NCBI GenBank assembly: GCA_963829415.1
Contig: CAWHII010000004.1
Location: 238,783 to 302,782, forward strand
Source: an uncultured beta proteobacterium
Lineage (GTDB): Bacteria > Pseudomonadota > Gammaproteobacteria > Burkholderiales > Casimicrobiaceae
DNA length: 64,000 nt
Reading direction: 5' to 3'
Shown here: positions 9,629 to 20,348 of the stretch, piece after piece
Layout: every line of letters begins with the position of its first letter
Position numbering within the stretch: the stretch's first letter is position 1
Position numbers and translations under genes: made by a program
The notes under the pieces: generated by a model
The model's input: the letters and a program-made list of their open reading frames with translations, nothing else
Databases searched by the model: none
Told to the model about the DNA's origin: nothing

Positions 9629-10006
9629 ATGAGAGCAGGACTGTTTGGTCTGATTTTCGTCGGTGCGTCGTGCATTGCCGCTGCGGGCCCCGCGCATGCG
9701 ATCATCTGCTATGTCATCTACGATCGCAGCGACAACATCATCTACCAGAGCACCTACCCGCCGCTGGACATGAGCAACGCGGGCTACCCCCAGCGCGAGG
9801 CGTTGCGCGCACGGGGACAGCACCTGACGTTTGGCGACGTCCCGAAATGCCCCACGGTCGTGTTCCTGACCGGGACGGGCGGCAGCAGCGATCTCCGCGT
9901 GGATGAGGTCGTGGCAGGGATGTCGGCGCGCAACATTGCCGGAACTACGCCCAACGCAACAATGGTTGAAACCCCGGCCGGAGCGCAAGTGGGCCCCGCC
10001 AGGTAG
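9629..10006 (+). CDS. Secreted hypothetical protein
   Basis: Signal peptide (PAHA-IIC), two Cys in mature region, RBS AGGAGG upstream. Confidence 0.7.
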   Translation: MRAGLFGLIFVGASCIAAAGPAHAIICYVIYDRSDNIIYQSTYPPLDMSNAGYPQREALRARGQHLTFGDVPKCPTVVFLTGTGGSSDLRVDEVVAGMSARNIAGTTPNATMVETPAGAQVGPAR

Positions 10007-10057
10007 AATTAGGTCTCGATGTGATTCCGCACGTCGGACTCCGCCTGGCGCACCCGC

Positions 10058-10372
10058 CTAGCCCAGACGAGCGCGCAATGCCCGCAGTTCCGCTTCCAGT
10101 GCCTCGACGCGTTGCGCGTAGCGCAGCACGACGGACAGACTGTGCGCATCGAGTTCGAAATCCCTGCGCAGGCGCCCGGCGGTTCGCGCGACGACGACAT
10201 AGGACGCAGTGAAGGTCCATGCCGCCGCCGCCGGATCGACCGGCGCCAGCGCGCCATAGTCCACGAGGGCGCGCAATTCCTCCGCCGGAAGGTCGGAAAG
10301 CTCGACCAGCTGGTCCAGCGTCAGCACGCCGCGCTCGTCCAGCGACACCGCTTCCGCGATTTCAAGGTTCAT
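10058..10372 (-). CDS. cbpM: Chaperone modulator CbpM
   Basis: [18 protein letters not shown], coiled-coil C-terminus; directly downstream of cbpA; start ATG 10372. Confidence 0.82.
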   Translation of the reverse strand: MNLEIAEAVSLDERGVLTLDQLVELSDLPAEELRALVDYGALAPVDPAAAAWTFTASYVVVARTAGRLRRDFELDAHSLSVVLRYAQRVEALEAELRALRARLG

Positions 10373-11315
10373 GAGTGGCCTCCCGCTCGAAATGAGCCCG
10401 GGGATTGAACGTCGACGATTCGGCAAGTTGACGGAACAGCGCTCGCTGCGGATCGTCCAGCACGGTGGGCACGGCAATCTGCACGATGGCAAACAGGTTC
10501 CCCGCGACTCCGTCGGGACGGGCGAGTCCGCGTCCGCTCAGGCGCAACTGTTGTCCTGCCCGCGTCCCCGCCGGCACCTTCAGTTTCACGGGTCCGGCGG
10601 GCGTCGGCAGCTCGATGCTGGCACCGAGCACTGCTTCCCAGGGCGCCAGCGGAAGATCCACGAACAGATCGCGGCCGTCCGCCCGAAACAGCTTGTGGGG
10701 TGTCACCGCAATGTCGAGATAGAGGTCGCCCGTGCGGCCGCCGCGCAGACCATGACCCCCCTTGCCCGGCACGCGGAGCTTCTGGCCGTCCGTTACGCCG
10801 CGCGGAATACGCACGGTCACGAGACGCGGCACGCGATGCGCGACACCGTTCTCATCGAATTCCGGAACGCTCAAGTCCAACTGGACCTCGGTGCCATGGA
10901 ACGCCTGTTCGAGGGTCAGGCGTACCGCCGCCTCATAGTCACGGCCGGCGACGGGCTTGTTCGGATCGGCGCGACGGCGGAATCCTTCGCCGCGGCCGAA
11001 CCCGGCAAAGAGGTCGGCGAGATCGACATCGTCGAAGGATGACTGTCCACGTGCAAAGTGCTGTTCCCAGTCCGGCGGCGGGCGGAATTCCTGTCCCGGC
11101 GCATGGCTTCCCAGCTGGTCGTACGCCGCGCGCTTCTCGGGGTCCTTCAGCGTTTCGTAGGCTTCGGCCATCGCCTTGAATTTTTCCTCCGCGTTCGGCT
11201 CCTTGGAGACATCGGGATGAAACTTGCGGGCAAGCTTGCGATAGGCCTTCTTGATGCCGTCCGGACTGGCACTCTTGTCGACGCCGAGTATTGCGTAGTA
11301 GTCCTTGTATTTCAT
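10362..11315 (-). CDS. cbpA: DnaJ-class protein CbpA (J domain plus C-terminal domain, no Zn finger)
   Basis: [15 protein letters not shown] motif, [14 protein letters not shown]. Confidence 0.92.
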   Translation of the reverse strand: MKYKDYYAILGVDKSASPDGIKKAYRKLARKFHPDVSKEPNAEEKFKAMAEAYETLKDPEKRAAYDQLGSHAPGQEFRPPPDWEQHFARGQSSFDDVDLADLFAGFGRGEGFRRRADPNKPVAGRDYEAAVRLTLEQAFHGTEVQLDLSVPEFDENGVAHRVPRLVTVRIPRGVTDGQKLRVPGKGGHGLRGGRTGDLYLDIAVTPHKLFRADGRDLFVDLPLAPWEAVLGASIELPTPAGPVKLKVPAGTRAGQQLRLSGRGLARPDGVAGNLFAIVQIAVPTVLDDPQRALFRQLAESSTFNPRAHFEREATHEP

Positions 11316-11419
11316 CGCGAGCGCCTGCTGGAGTATGTGCCGGGTACGGTCGACAAATCATACCGCAGCCAATGCGGCGAAATAGCCGGCACCGGCGACC
11401 CGCCCGCCACCCGACCGGA

Positions 11420-11722
11420 TCAATAGATCACGACCGACCGGATGGATTCACCCGCCAGCATGAGGTCGAAGCCGTCGTTGATGCGCTCGAGCGGCATCCG
11501 GTGGGTGATGAGGTCGTCGATGTTGATCTTGCCGTCCATGTACCAGTCGACGATTCGTGGAACTTCGGTGCGCCCGCGCGCGCCGCCGAACGTGGTGCCC
11601 TTCCACACTCGCCCGGAGACGAGCTGGAACGGCCGTGTCCGTATCTGTTGTCCCGCGCCGGCGACGCCGATGATCACCGACACGCCCAAGCCGCTGTGGC
11701 AGCATTCGGGCGCCTGGCGCAT
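11420..11722 (-). pseudogene. frmA: 3' remnant of S-(hydroxymethyl)glutathione dehydrogenase (class III ADH)
   Basis: MRQAPECCHSGLGVSVIIGVAGAGQQIRTRPFQLVSGRVWKGTTFGGARGRTEVPRIVDWYMDGKINIDDLITH matches only the last ~100 aa; no similarity upstream. Confidence 0.85.
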
Positions 11723-11924
11723 GCGCCACCGCTGCGCTAGCGTCCATGCGATCGTTCCTCTTCGGGAAGGTGCAAAAACGTTTTGCCGTTCCATACCCGG
11801 CCGACGCCGGCCACACAAACCAGGGCTGCGGGTACCAACCCCGATTGCATCCGGAATGACGGCCGCGCATGCAATCGGCGATAATACGCGTCGCGGGTTC
11901 CTGCAAATCCTTCCGGAGTACCTC

Positions 11925-12491
11925 GTGTCGCTGTTGGCCGCCGGTCTCGTCGTTTTTCTCGGCATGCATTGCGTGCCCGCGTTCCCGAATCTGCGCCGCG
12001 GGCTGGTCGCCCGTTTGGGCGACGGCCGCTACAAGGCATTGTTTTCGATGGCCTCGGCGGCCGGGTTGGCGCTGATCGTCGCAGGCTATGCGCAGGCGCC
12101 GGCAACGGAGCGCATGTTTGCGCCCAATGCCACGGCCATCGCCATGGCTCCCATGGCAGTCACGCTGGCGTTCATCCTTTTCGCAGCGGCCAACATGCGC
12201 GGCTACCTTCGCCACGCGCTCGGGCACCCCATGCTCGTCGGCTTGGCTGTCTGGGCGACAGTGCATCTGCTGGCCAACGGCGACCTGCGAGGGACTCTGC
12301 TGTTCGGGGCATTCCTGGCCTATGCCGTACTCGACCTCGCATCGGCAATCAGCCGGCATGCGGTGAAGCCCTTCGTTCCCTCGTTGAAGTTCGACATCAT
12401 GGCCATCGTCGGAGGCGTGTTGGTCGCCCTGGCGGTCATGACAGTTCACCGGGTATTGTTCGGCATCCGGGTAGTCGCCTTCGGTGTATAG
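11925..12491 (+). CDS. NnrU family membrane protein
   Basis: GLVVFLGMH, RLGDGRYKALFS, GHPMLVG..WATVHLLANGDL; GTG 11925 after GGAG. Confidence 0.85.
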   Translation: MSLLAAGLVVFLGMHCVPAFPNLRRGLVARLGDGRYKALFSMASAAGLALIVAGYAQAPATERMFAPNATAIAMAPMAVTLAFILFAAANMRGYLRHALGHPMLVGLAVWATVHLLANGDLRGTLLFGAFLAYAVLDLASAISRHAVKPFVPSLKFDIMAIVGGVLVALAVMTVHRVLFGIRVVAFGV

Positions 12492-12852
12492 GAGCGCGTC
12501 ATCGCGGGTAAGGTGGCTCCCTGCCTTCGCTGCCGCGTTCGCGCTGCACGGTTGCGTGGCCGTGCAGCCACAGGTGACGGTACTGCCGGCGGAAATCGCC
12601 TACGTTTGTCGGAATGACTTGCCGCTTAAGGTTTCGCGCGCACCTGACGGACGATCTGCGTCGGTCTGGTTCGATGGCAAGACCACAGTTCTTGCGCGCG
12701 TGGACACTGCGGCGCAGGAAAAATACAGCAATGGGCAAACCACGCTCTACCTCGACGGCGAAAAAGCGCTGATGTCGTCGGACAGCTTTGTGGTCGCCGG
12801 TCCGTGCCTGTCGGCGCAGCCGCTGCCGGTCGCGCCGATGACGCGCTATTGA
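12484..12852 (+). CDS. MliC-family lipoprotein (lysozyme inhibitor-like)
   Basis: Lipobox-like LHGC; YVC..., DTAAQEKYSNGQTTLYLDGEKA resembling the SASG.KY motif. Confidence 0.7.
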   Translation: MYRSASSRVRWLPAFAAAFALHGCVAVQPQVTVLPAEIAYVCRNDLPLKVSRAPDGRSASVWFDGKTTVLARVDTAAQEKYSNGQTTLYLDGEKALMSSDSFVVAGPCLSAQPLPVAPMTRY

Positions 12853-12902
12853 GCGAACGGCAGACCGGCCGAGGCGCAGCGCCGCCGGCCAATTCGCGCA
12901 GA

Positions 12903-13151
12903 TCAATGCTCGCTGGCAGGCTGAGCATCAAGCCACGAGCACAGTGCTTCCTTGAGCGCCACGCCTGCGCTCGCGAATCCCGCATCCGAGGGGTCGAGCG
13001 TCGCGGCATGTTCGACGATGAGTTCCAACGCGCGTCTTTTTTCAGCGAGCGTCCGCGAGGAATCGCCGACAGTTGTGCGAAATTCCTGCACTTCGGACAC
13101 AAAGCCGGCCGAGGTAAGGCCGGACACGTCGTCACTGTTATGCATTCTCAT
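12903..13151 (-). CDS. Small hypothetical protein
   Basis: GGAG RBS before ATG 13151; helical-looking 82 aa. Confidence 0.55.
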   Translation of the reverse strand: MRMHNSDDVSGLTSAGFVSEVQEFRTTVGDSSRTLAEKRRALELIVEHAATLDPSDAGFASAGVALKEALCSWLDAQPASEH

Positions 13152-13354
13152 GGGCACTCCTTCGGCTGCCGGACCGCTTTGGCGCTGCTGGCCCAGCTGC
13201 TACCGATTACGCATACACTGTGCCAACGCGACAGGCGGCATTGCGGTGACGACGGACGGGCGTTCCGGATCATCTTCATTGCAACCCGAAGCCCGGGCTT
13301 CCTATAATCGCTACATCAAGGGCGCGCACGATCGCGCGAGACACGGGGAGATCT

Positions 13355-14218
13355 ATGCAGCACCGGTTTGCAGTCGCAATCATCCTGGCATCGATCCTGG
13401 CAACGGGAACTGCTGCACAAGATCGGGAACTTGTCTTTGGCGTGACCGAAGGCGTCACCTATCAGGCCACACCAAAGGAAATCCGCGACAAGTTCACGCA
13501 GATCGCGGATTACGTCGGCAAAGCCACGGGGCGGCGGGTGAGGATCGCCATCGTCCCGGCCTACAACGACGTGCGCGCGGGGTTGGCCAAGCAGGAATAC
13601 GATCTGGTATTCATCCATCCGGCGCACGTAGCGATGGCGGAAATCAAGGCTGGGCGCTACAAGTCAGTCGCGTGGACGTCGGGTTTCACCGATTACACGG
13701 TCTCGCTGCTGACCAACGCCAACGGACCCCTGAAGACGCTGGATGACCTCAAGGGCCATACGCTGGTGACGCCCGACCCGGACTCGATCACCGCCATGAT
13801 GGTGCGCGCGATGCTGCGCACCAGTAAATTGCCGATCATCACCGCCAAACCGGATGGGCAGAATGCGCAGGACATCGCGGCCGGCATTCGTGTCATTTCG
13901 ACCCGCTATCAGGATGCCGTACCGTTTTACATCGAAAACGGCTTCGCGCAGGCGGGCGCGACGGCTGCCAAATCCGTCGTCAAGTCGTGGACAGACAAAG
14001 GGGGCAAGGTCCTGGCGCAATCGCGCGCGGTCCCGATCAAGCAATGGCTGGTTGCGAATACGATGCCGGCGGACGAACAGGATCGAATTCGCACGGCGTT
14101 GCTGGGCGCCGGACAAAGCAAGCCTGGCCGCGATGCCCTGGACGCCATCGGTTACAAGGGATTCGTCGCGACGAATCCGGAGCTTGAAGCGTCGACCATC
14201 GCGTGGCTCGGCTTGTAG
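13355..14218 (+). CDS. PhnD/SsuA-family periplasmic substrate-binding protein (no adjacent permease)
   Basis: Signal peptide, YDLVFIHPAH, LDDLKGHTLVTPDPDSIT. Confidence 0.8.
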   Translation: MQHRFAVAIILASILATGTAAQDRELVFGVTEGVTYQATPKEIRDKFTQIADYVGKATGRRVRIAIVPAYNDVRAGLAKQEYDLVFIHPAHVAMAEIKAGRYKSVAWTSGFTDYTVSLLTNANGPLKTLDDLKGHTLVTPDPDSITAMMVRAMLRTSKLPIITAKPDGQNAQDIAAGIRVISTRYQDAVPFYIENGFAQAGATAAKSVVKSWTDKGGKVLAQSRAVPIKQWLVANTMPADEQDRIRTALLGAGQSKPGRDALDAIGYKGFVATNPELEASTIAWLGL

Positions 14219-14238
14219 CGTTGACAATCCGCGGAGAC

Positions 14239-14589
14239 TTGCCTTCAATACGATTGCTGCTGGTCGTTTGCGCACTGGCCCTGGCAGCGGATGGTGCCTC
14301 GGGAAAGAGTGGCGGCAAGCGCAGCGAGGGCGGGCACCAGGCCCACAACCGCTCGAATTACGCCGCCGGTGTGCCACGTAACGCGCACGGGCGAATCGCG
14401 CGCGACCCGCGCGCACGGAACGAGTTCAAGCGATCGCATCCGTGTCCGGCGACGGGCAAGTCGAGAGGCTCATGCCCGGGCTACGTGATCGATCATGTCC
14501 GGCCGCTGAAGCGCGGCGGCGCCGACACGCCGGCGAACATGCAGTGGCAAACCGAAGGCGCGGCGAAGATCAAGGACCGAACCGAATGA
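14239..14589 (+). CDS. Small exported HNH-motif protein
   Basis: Hydrophobic N-terminus; HPCPATG..CPGYVIDHVRPLKRGGADTPANMQWQT; start uncertain (14203-14239). Confidence 0.72.
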   Translation: MPSIRLLLVVCALALAADGASGKSGGKRSEGGHQAHNRSNYAAGVPRNAHGRIARDPRARNEFKRSHPCPATGKSRGSCPGYVIDHVRPLKRGGADTPANMQWQTEGAAKIKDRTE

Positions 14590-14607
14590 CATCGGAATGA
14601 CATTGTT

Positions 14608-15051
14608 ATGCTGCGGACCTGCGCGCTATTGATCGTGGCCGGCCTGCTGGCGGCGTGTTCTCCGGCGCCGGTCGAGACTCGTCCCGTTCCCTTGACGCCA
14701 AGGGCCGAGACCACGGGCGCCGCGGTGGTGCGCAAGGCGATTCCGGAGCCGGCCATGGCACCCGTCCCGGCACCGGAAGCGGCCGCATCCGCAATCGTCG
14801 TTTCGCCCGGCGCACTCTACGTCTGCGTCTCGGAAACCGGCGGCGTGCGCCAGACGACGGCAATCGAATTCTCGCCCAAGGTCGGCGCGCTGTGCGCGAA
14901 GGATCCGGAGATGAGTCCCTGCCAGTACGAGCGCAATGTCTGCCGGAAAAGCGGCGGCCGCGTCTATGCCGCCAACGGCGCGGAGATCACGACGGCGACG
15001 GAGGCCGAGTACGACAGGAAAGTGATGCGCATCATTTTGAAGTCGAATTGA
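14608..15051 (+). CDS. Hypothetical lipoprotein
   Basis: Lipobox LAAC, Pro/Ala linker, four-Cys C-terminal domain. Confidence 0.75.
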   Translation: MLRTCALLIVAGLLAACSPAPVETRPVPLTPRAETTGAAVVRKAIPEPAMAPVPAPEAAASAIVVSPGALYVCVSETGGVRQTTAIEFSPKVGALCAKDPEMSPCQYERNVCRKSGGRVYAANGAEITTATEAEYDRKVMRIILKSN

Positions 15052-16242
15052 CTATTTCCCGTCCTCTACCGGAATCGCGCGCACCGACAACACCCCCTCG
15101 ATGGACGAGATCGCCTTAATCGCGGCCGGCTGGATCGGGCTGTCGACATCGACCAGCGTGTACGCCATCTCGCCGCGGGATTTATTCACCATGTTGTGGA
15201 TATTGAGGCCGGAATGCGCCATGGCGGTCGAGATCTGTCCGAGCATGTTCGGGACATTGGCGTTGGCAATGGCCAGGCGATGCGGCGATTCGCGGGGCAT
15301 TTCCACATTGGGGAAATTGACGGCATTGACGATTCCGCCATGCTCCAGGTATTCGCGCACCTGATCAACGACCATCACCGCGCAGTTCTCCTCGGCCTCC
15401 TCTGTCGACGCGCCCAGGTGCGGCAGCGCAACGACGCCTGGTACATGCAGCAGTGTGGCGCCGGGAAAATCGCACATGTAGTATTTGAGTCGGCGCGCCT
15501 TCAACGCGGCGACGACCGCGACATCGTCCACCAGCGCGTCACGCGCGAAGTTCAGAAGCACGGCCCCCTGCTTCATGATCGCTAGCCGTTTCTCATCGAT
15601 CAGGTTCCGCGTCATCGCCAGCAGCGGCACGTGCAGCGTGACAAAGTCCGCCTGCTTAAGCAATTCGTCGATGCTGTTGGCGCGGCGCACGCTTGAGGGC
15701 AGGCGCCAGGCGGCATCCACGGTGATCTCCGGATCGAATCCCGTCACCTTCATACCCAGCTTGATCGCAGTATCGGCAACCAGACTGCCGATCGCGCCCA
15801 GGCCGATGATCCCGAGCGTGCGGTGCGGAAGCTCAACCCCGGCAAACTGCTTCTTGCCCTCCTCCACCTGCTTTTCCAGGTCCGGGGCCGCTGCGTCGAG
15901 GCGTCCGACATAGCTCAACGCAGGAATCACGTTGCGCGCCGCCAGCAGCAGCGCAGCGAGCACCAGTTCCCTGACCGCATTCGCATTGGCACCCGGAGCG
16001 TTGAACACCGGCACACCGCGCCGGGACAACTCCGGCACCGGAATGTTATTGGTCCCGGCGCCTGCCCGGCCGATCGCGCGCACGCTCGCGGGAATGGTCA
16101 TCGCGTGCATGTCGTGCGAGCGCACCAGAATTGCATCCGGATTGTCGACCGCCTTGCCCACCGTATAGCGTGCGGCAGGAAAGCGGTGCAGGCCGTGGCT
16201 TGAAATCTGGTTGAGCGTGAGGATGCGATAGGGGTCAGCCAT
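15052..16242 (-). CDS. serA: D-3-phosphoglycerate dehydrogenase with ACT domain
   Basis: [32 protein letters not shown]-terminal [13 protein letters not shown] domain; downstream of serC. Confidence 0.9.
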   Translation of the reverse strand: MADPYRILTLNQISSHGLHRFPAARYTVGKAVDNPDAILVRSHDMHAMTIPASVRAIGRAGAGTNNIPVPELSRRGVPVFNAPGANANAVRELVLAALLLAARNVIPALSYVGRLDAAAPDLEKQVEEGKKQFAGVELPHRTLGIIGLGAIGSLVADTAIKLGMKVTGFDPEITVDAAWRLPSSVRRANSIDELLKQADFVTLHVPLLAMTRNLIDEKRLAIMKQGAVLLNFARDALVDDVAVVAALKARRLKYYMCDFPGATLLHVPGVVALPHLGASTEEAEENCAVMVVDQVREYLEHGGIVNAVNFPNVEMPRESPHRLAIANANVPNMLGQISTAMAHSGLNIHNMVNKSRGEMAYTLVDVDSPIQPAAIKAISSIEGVLSVRAIPVEDGK

Positions 16243-17314
16243 TGTGCTGCTCAAATTCGCGCATGTACGCGACCAGTGCCACTACACCAGCCAGCGGCAT
16301 CGCGTTATAGATGGACGCGCGAATGCCGCCAACGGCGCGGTGGCCCTTCAACTGCACCATGCCGCGCTGCCCGGCACCCTTGAGGAACGCGTCGTCCTGC
16401 GCCTCGTCCGCCAGGCGGAAGGTGACATTCATGCGCGACCGGTCCTCACGGCGCACTGCGCTGCGATAAAAGGAGGTCTGGTCAAGGTAATCGTAGAGCA
16501 GCGCGGACTTGGCAATGTTCTTCTGTTCGATTGCCACGAGCCCTCCCTGCGCCAGCAACCATTCGAACACCAACCCGGCGATGTAGATGGCGTACGTCGG
16601 CGGCGTATTGAACATCGAGTCCGCCGCGGCCTGCTCTTTCCAGTTGAACGCCGACGGCGTAATCGGCAATGCGCGGTCGAGCAGGTCTGTGCGGACGATC
16701 ACCAGCGTAAGCCCAGCCGGACCCATGTTCTTCTGGGCACCGCCGTAGATGACACCGTACTTCGCAATGTCGATGGGCCGCGACAGGATGTGCGAGGACA
16801 TGTCCGCCACCAGAGGAACATTTCCTGTATCCGGCGTCCATTGGTATTCGACGCCGGCGATGGTCTCGTTGGTGCAGATATGCACGTAGGCCGGGTCCGG
16901 GCTCAGTTTCCAGGCGCTCTGGGCCGGAACATAGGTGAAATCCTTGTCCTCGGCGGATGCCGCGATGTGCACCGTGCAGTACTTCTTCGCCTCCTTGATC
17001 GATTTCTTCGACCACTCGCCGGTGTTGACGTAGTCGGCGGTCGTGCGCCCTTGCAGCAAATTCATCGGGACGATGGCGTTTTCTCCGATTGCACCGCCCT
17101 GAAGGAACAGGACTTTGTAATCAGGAGGAATGGCGAGCAGCGTGCGCAGGTCAGCCTCGGCCTTGTCGGCGATGCTTATGAACTCCTTGCCGCGATGGCT
17201 CATTTCCATCACCGACATGCCGCTGCCGCGCCAGTCGAGCATTTCCGCCGCCGCTTGGCTCAGCACCGGTTCGGGCAGCACCGCGGGGCCGGCGCTGAAG
17301 TTGAAGACTCGCAT
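16235..17314 (-). CDS. serC: Phosphoserine aminotransferase
   Basis: [53 protein letters not shown]. Confidence 0.96.
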   Translation of the reverse strand: MRVFNFSAGPAVLPEPVLSQAAAEMLDWRGSGMSVMEMSHRGKEFISIADKAEADLRTLLAIPPDYKVLFLQGGAIGENAIVPMNLLQGRTTADYVNTGEWSKKSIKEAKKYCTVHIAASAEDKDFTYVPAQSAWKLSPDPAYVHICTNETIAGVEYQWTPDTGNVPLVADMSSHILSRPIDIAKYGVIYGGAQKNMGPAGLTLVIVRTDLLDRALPITPSAFNWKEQAAADSMFNTPPTYAIYIAGLVFEWLLAQGGLVAIEQKNIAKSALLYDYLDQTSFYRSAVRREDRSRMNVTFRLADEAQDDAFLKGAGQRGMVQLKGHRAVGGIRASIYNAMPLAGVVALVAYMREFEQHNG

Positions 17315-17456
17315 CAGATCCTTTCGTTGTCGGGGGCAAAGGTTCGATTTTAGCGGATTTGACGCAGGCACCCACCTGAACGCGCACGGACGCGCCGCGC
17401 ACGTCACGTTGGCGGATAATCATCGCGGACCCGAAATTCCCGTACAACTCCACCGC

Positions 17457-17852
17457 ATGATCGTCATAAATCCCGCAGAGATCGAGTGGACTGCCATCCG
17501 CGCGCAAGGCGCCGGCGGGCAGAACGTCAACAAGGTTGCGACGGCCGTGCATCTGCGCTTCGATATTCATGCTTCGTCGCTGCCGGAAACAGTCAAGGCG
17601 CGGCTGGTTGCGCGCCGGGACTGGCGCATAACCACCGACGGTGTGGTCATCGTCAAGGCGCAGAGGTATCGCAGCCAGGACAAGAATCGCGAAGACGCGT
17701 TAGCGCGATTGCAGGAATTGGTCAATGCCGCAGCCACGGTGCAGCCGTCACGCAAGGCGACCAAACCTACGCGCGGCTCGCAGCGCCGGCGCGTCGACAC
17801 CAAGGTCAAGCGCGGCCAAGTGAAGGCGACGCGGGGCCGGGTGGTCGAGTGA
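17457..17852 (+). CDS. arfB: Alternative ribosome rescue peptidyl-tRNA hydrolase ArfB
   Basis: GAGGQNVNKVATAV, RSQDKNR, basic tail RKATKPTRGSQRRR. Confidence 0.93.
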   Translation: MIVINPAEIEWTAIRAQGAGGQNVNKVATAVHLRFDIHASSLPETVKARLVARRDWRITTDGVVIVKAQRYRSQDKNREDALARLQELVNAAATVQPSRKATKPTRGSQRRRVDTKVKRGQVKATRGRVVE

Positions 17853-17862
17853 CCGTCACGCC

Positions 17863-18483
17863 ATGACGTCTGTCCCGCAGGATCCCGGCGAGTTCTCGCG
17901 CGGCACGCTGGAATACTACAGCCAGCGCGCTGCGGCGTTCCGGGAAGGCACTTGCGGTCACGACGTGAGCCAGAACGTCGCGGCGCTGCTGCACGCCATC
18001 GAAGGCAGGCCACCGTTCGCGATCCTGGACTTTGGTTGCGGGCCGGGCCGCGATCTGAAGACCTTTGCAGACCTGGGCCACTTGCCGGTCGGACTGGATG
18101 GCGCCGAACCGTTTGTCTCCATGGCGCGCGCTCAAGGCAGCGAAGTCTGGCACCAGGATTTCCTGCAGCTGGACCTCCCTGCGGAACGTTTCGACGGCAT
18201 TTTCGCCAACGCGGCACTGTTCCATGTACCAGCGAGTGTGCTGCCGCGCGTACTGCTGGAGCTGCGGGCGACACTCAAACCGCGAGGCGTGTTGTTCAGC
18301 TCGAATCCGCGGGGCAACGACGACGAAGGCTGGCATCAGGGTCGGTACGGGACCTATCACAGCCTCGAGACCTGGCGCCGCTACCTGGTCACGGCGGGAT
18401 TCTCGGAACTTGCGCACTACTATCGGCCCGCTGGCCTTCCCCGCGACCAGCAGCCTTGGCTTGCCAGCGTCTGGCGCAGGTGA
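17863..18483 (+). CDS. Class I SAM-dependent methyltransferase
   Basis: ILDFGCGPGRD motif I, FDGIFANAALFHV. Confidence 0.9.
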   Translation: MTSVPQDPGEFSRGTLEYYSQRAAAFREGTCGHDVSQNVAALLHAIEGRPPFAILDFGCGPGRDLKTFADLGHLPVGLDGAEPFVSMARAQGSEVWHQDFLQLDLPAERFDGIFANAALFHVPASVLPRVLLELRATLKPRGVLFSSNPRGNDDEGWHQGRYGTYHSLETWRRYLVTAGFSELAHYYRPAGLPRDQQPWLASVWRR

Positions 18484-18502
18484 ACGATCAGCCCGAGCGC
18501 GG

Positions 18503-19543
18503 CTAATCGTTGGTGCATTCCTTCGGCAGGTATTTGGCGGGAATGTCGACCGGAATGCACGTCCAGTGAATGCGCTGCGACGGATCGACCGCCGGCGCGA
18601 GCAGAATGGACCGCCCGAACAACTCGGGAATTGATGAACCTAGTCCCAGGCGCAGACGACCGTTGGCGGGACGAAAGCTCACTTCGTCGAAGAAGACGGT
18701 CGCGGCCTTGACGCGCAGCGTATCCACGTCGAGCTTCAGCGGGATGGCGCGCACCCGATTCCAGCTATCCTCGATCTGCTGCTGCAGTGGTTGGACGCTT
18801 GCCAGCGCTGCGGTGATTTTCGAGCGCACTTCGTGTTCCAGCCACGCCCCCCGCACGCTGGGGGCAACGACATTTGCCGCCAGCACGAGAGCACCGCCGC
18901 CCAACAGCAGGCCCGCCGCGAGCGAGGTGGGACTGCGCCGCGCAATGAGGGTCACCACCTGGGCCGCGCTGCTTGTGCTGGCCTCGGCGCGCGCCACCAT
19001 TCGCCGGACGCGACGATAGAGCAGGGAATTGGCAACGAGTGCCGGAATGATTCCGGGCAACAACCAGATGGCGACCACGGCGCCCAACAACCAGGGTACC
19101 GACGCGTTGTCGATGTACGTGGCAAGCGCGCCAAACGCGAACGCGCCGACCACGGGCAGTAGCGCAAACGCGAGCCCGGCGACCCACAGCTTGCGGTAGA
19201 ACGCCCACACGCTGGGCATCCAGAACGACGGCCAGTTCCAGCCAGGGGCAGCGTGCCCCGCCTTCTCGTAACTCAGAAATCGCGGCGCGTAATAATCCGC
19301 CGAAGGACCTACCGCCACGCGAAACAGCACGGCAAGCGCCGGCCGGATGCAAGTCTGCCGCGCATCGGCGGCTGATTCGCCGGGAAGATAGATGGTGTCG
19401 AGGAAGATCGACGCGGGCCCCTCGTCGGGAGACGGTGCGCCAGCCGAGGCGCGTGCACCGCACCGGGCACAATGGGTCGCGCCGATGCGTGCGATGTCAC
19501 CACAACGTCTGCAGGCTCGCCTTGTTTCGCTCAATATGTACAC
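18503..19543 (-). CDS. Zinc-ribbon / DUF2628 / pilin-like fusion membrane protein
   Basis: N-terminal CRRC..HCARC; YYAPRF..GWNWPSF..WAFYRKLW; C-terminal SKITAAL..LQQQIEDSW..ILLAP..IHWTC..IPAKYLPKEC pilin-like region. Confidence 0.72.
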   Translation of the reverse strand: MYILSETRRACRRCGDIARIGATHCARCGARASAGAPSPDEGPASIFLDTIYLPGESAADARQTCIRPALAVLFRVAVGPSADYYAPRFLSYEKAGHAAPGWNWPSFWMPSVWAFYRKLWVAGLAFALLPVVGAFAFGALATYIDNASVPWLLGAVVAIWLLPGIIPALVANSLLYRRVRRMVARAEASTSSAAQVVTLIARRSPTSLAAGLLLGGGALVLAANVVAPSVRGAWLEHEVRSKITAALASVQPLQQQIEDSWNRVRAIPLKLDVDTLRVKAATVFFDEVSFRPANGRLRLGLGSSIPELFGRSILLAPAVDPSQRIHWTCIPVDIPAKYLPKECTND

Positions 19544-19622
19544 CCCAAAGAGCGCATTCTATCAACTGGAGGCCGATCGCGCCGAAAGTCTTCGTCGCAG
19601 ACTCCGGGGTCGCGTCCGCCAG

Positions 19623-20300
19623 CTACTTGCCGGAATACAGGTCCGGAAACTGTGTCTTGAGGTTGGCCAACTTGGGCAGGTCGTTGAACACGATATAGGG
19701 CTGCGTCGGATTCAGCGCCAGATAATTCTGGTGATAGGCCTCCGCCGGATAGAACGCCGGTAACACAACGACTTCGGTCACGATTGCGCGTCCGAAGATT
19801 TTCGCCTTGTCGAGCTGCGCGACATAGGCCTGCGCGATGCGCTTCTGCGCATCACTGGTCGTGAAGATGGCCGAGCGATATTGCGTGCCAGTGTCGGGGC
19901 CCTGTCGGTTCAGTTGCGTCGGATCGTGCGCGACGGAAAAGAAGACCTTCAGCAATTGACCGTACGAGACCTGGGCCGGGTCGTAGGTGACCTTGACGGA
20001 TTCCGCGTGGCCCGTGGTGCCGCTGCTGACCATCTGGTAGTTGGCAGAATTGGCCGCGCCGCCGGCGTAGCCGGAGACGGCGCTGGATACGCCCTTCACA
20101 TGCCGGAACACGGCTTCGACGCCCCAGAAACAGCCGCCGGCAAAAACGGCCGTCTGCGGGCCCTTGGCATCCGCGGCCGGAATATCCAACGCGGGCGCAG
20201 GAAGCGTCACTGCGCTTTCGGCGGCACCGCAGGCCTGAACCAAAGCCAGAAGGCTGATGCCTAGAAGTCTGCGGGCCCTGGGCGGGACGGCGTGGAACAT
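19623..20300 (-). CDS. msrA: Peptide methionine sulfoxide reductase A (exported, signal peptide)
   Basis: GGCFWGVE, VSGYAGG, TGHAESV, HDPTQLNRQGPDTGTQYRS, FYPAEAYHQNY. Confidence 0.95.
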   Translation of the reverse strand: MFHAVPPRARRLLGISLLALVQACGAAESAVTLPAPALDIPAADAKGPQTAVFAGGCFWGVEAVFRHVKGVSSAVSGYAGGAANSANYQMVSSGTTGHAESVKVTYDPAQVSYGQLLKVFFSVAHDPTQLNRQGPDTGTQYRSAIFTTSDAQKRIAQAYVAQLDKAKIFGRAIVTEVVVLPAFYPAEAYHQNYLALNPTQPYIVFNDLPKLANLKTQFPDLYSGK

Positions 20301-20348
20301 GGGACTACTCCTTCTTGGGAAAGGTCGTTGCGACACGGTCTCGAGAGG

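Noticed and set aside
17315-17456. Riboswitch or leader RNA upstream of serC
   Set aside because: No recognisable aptamer consensus; the short region must also hold the divergent arfB promoter.
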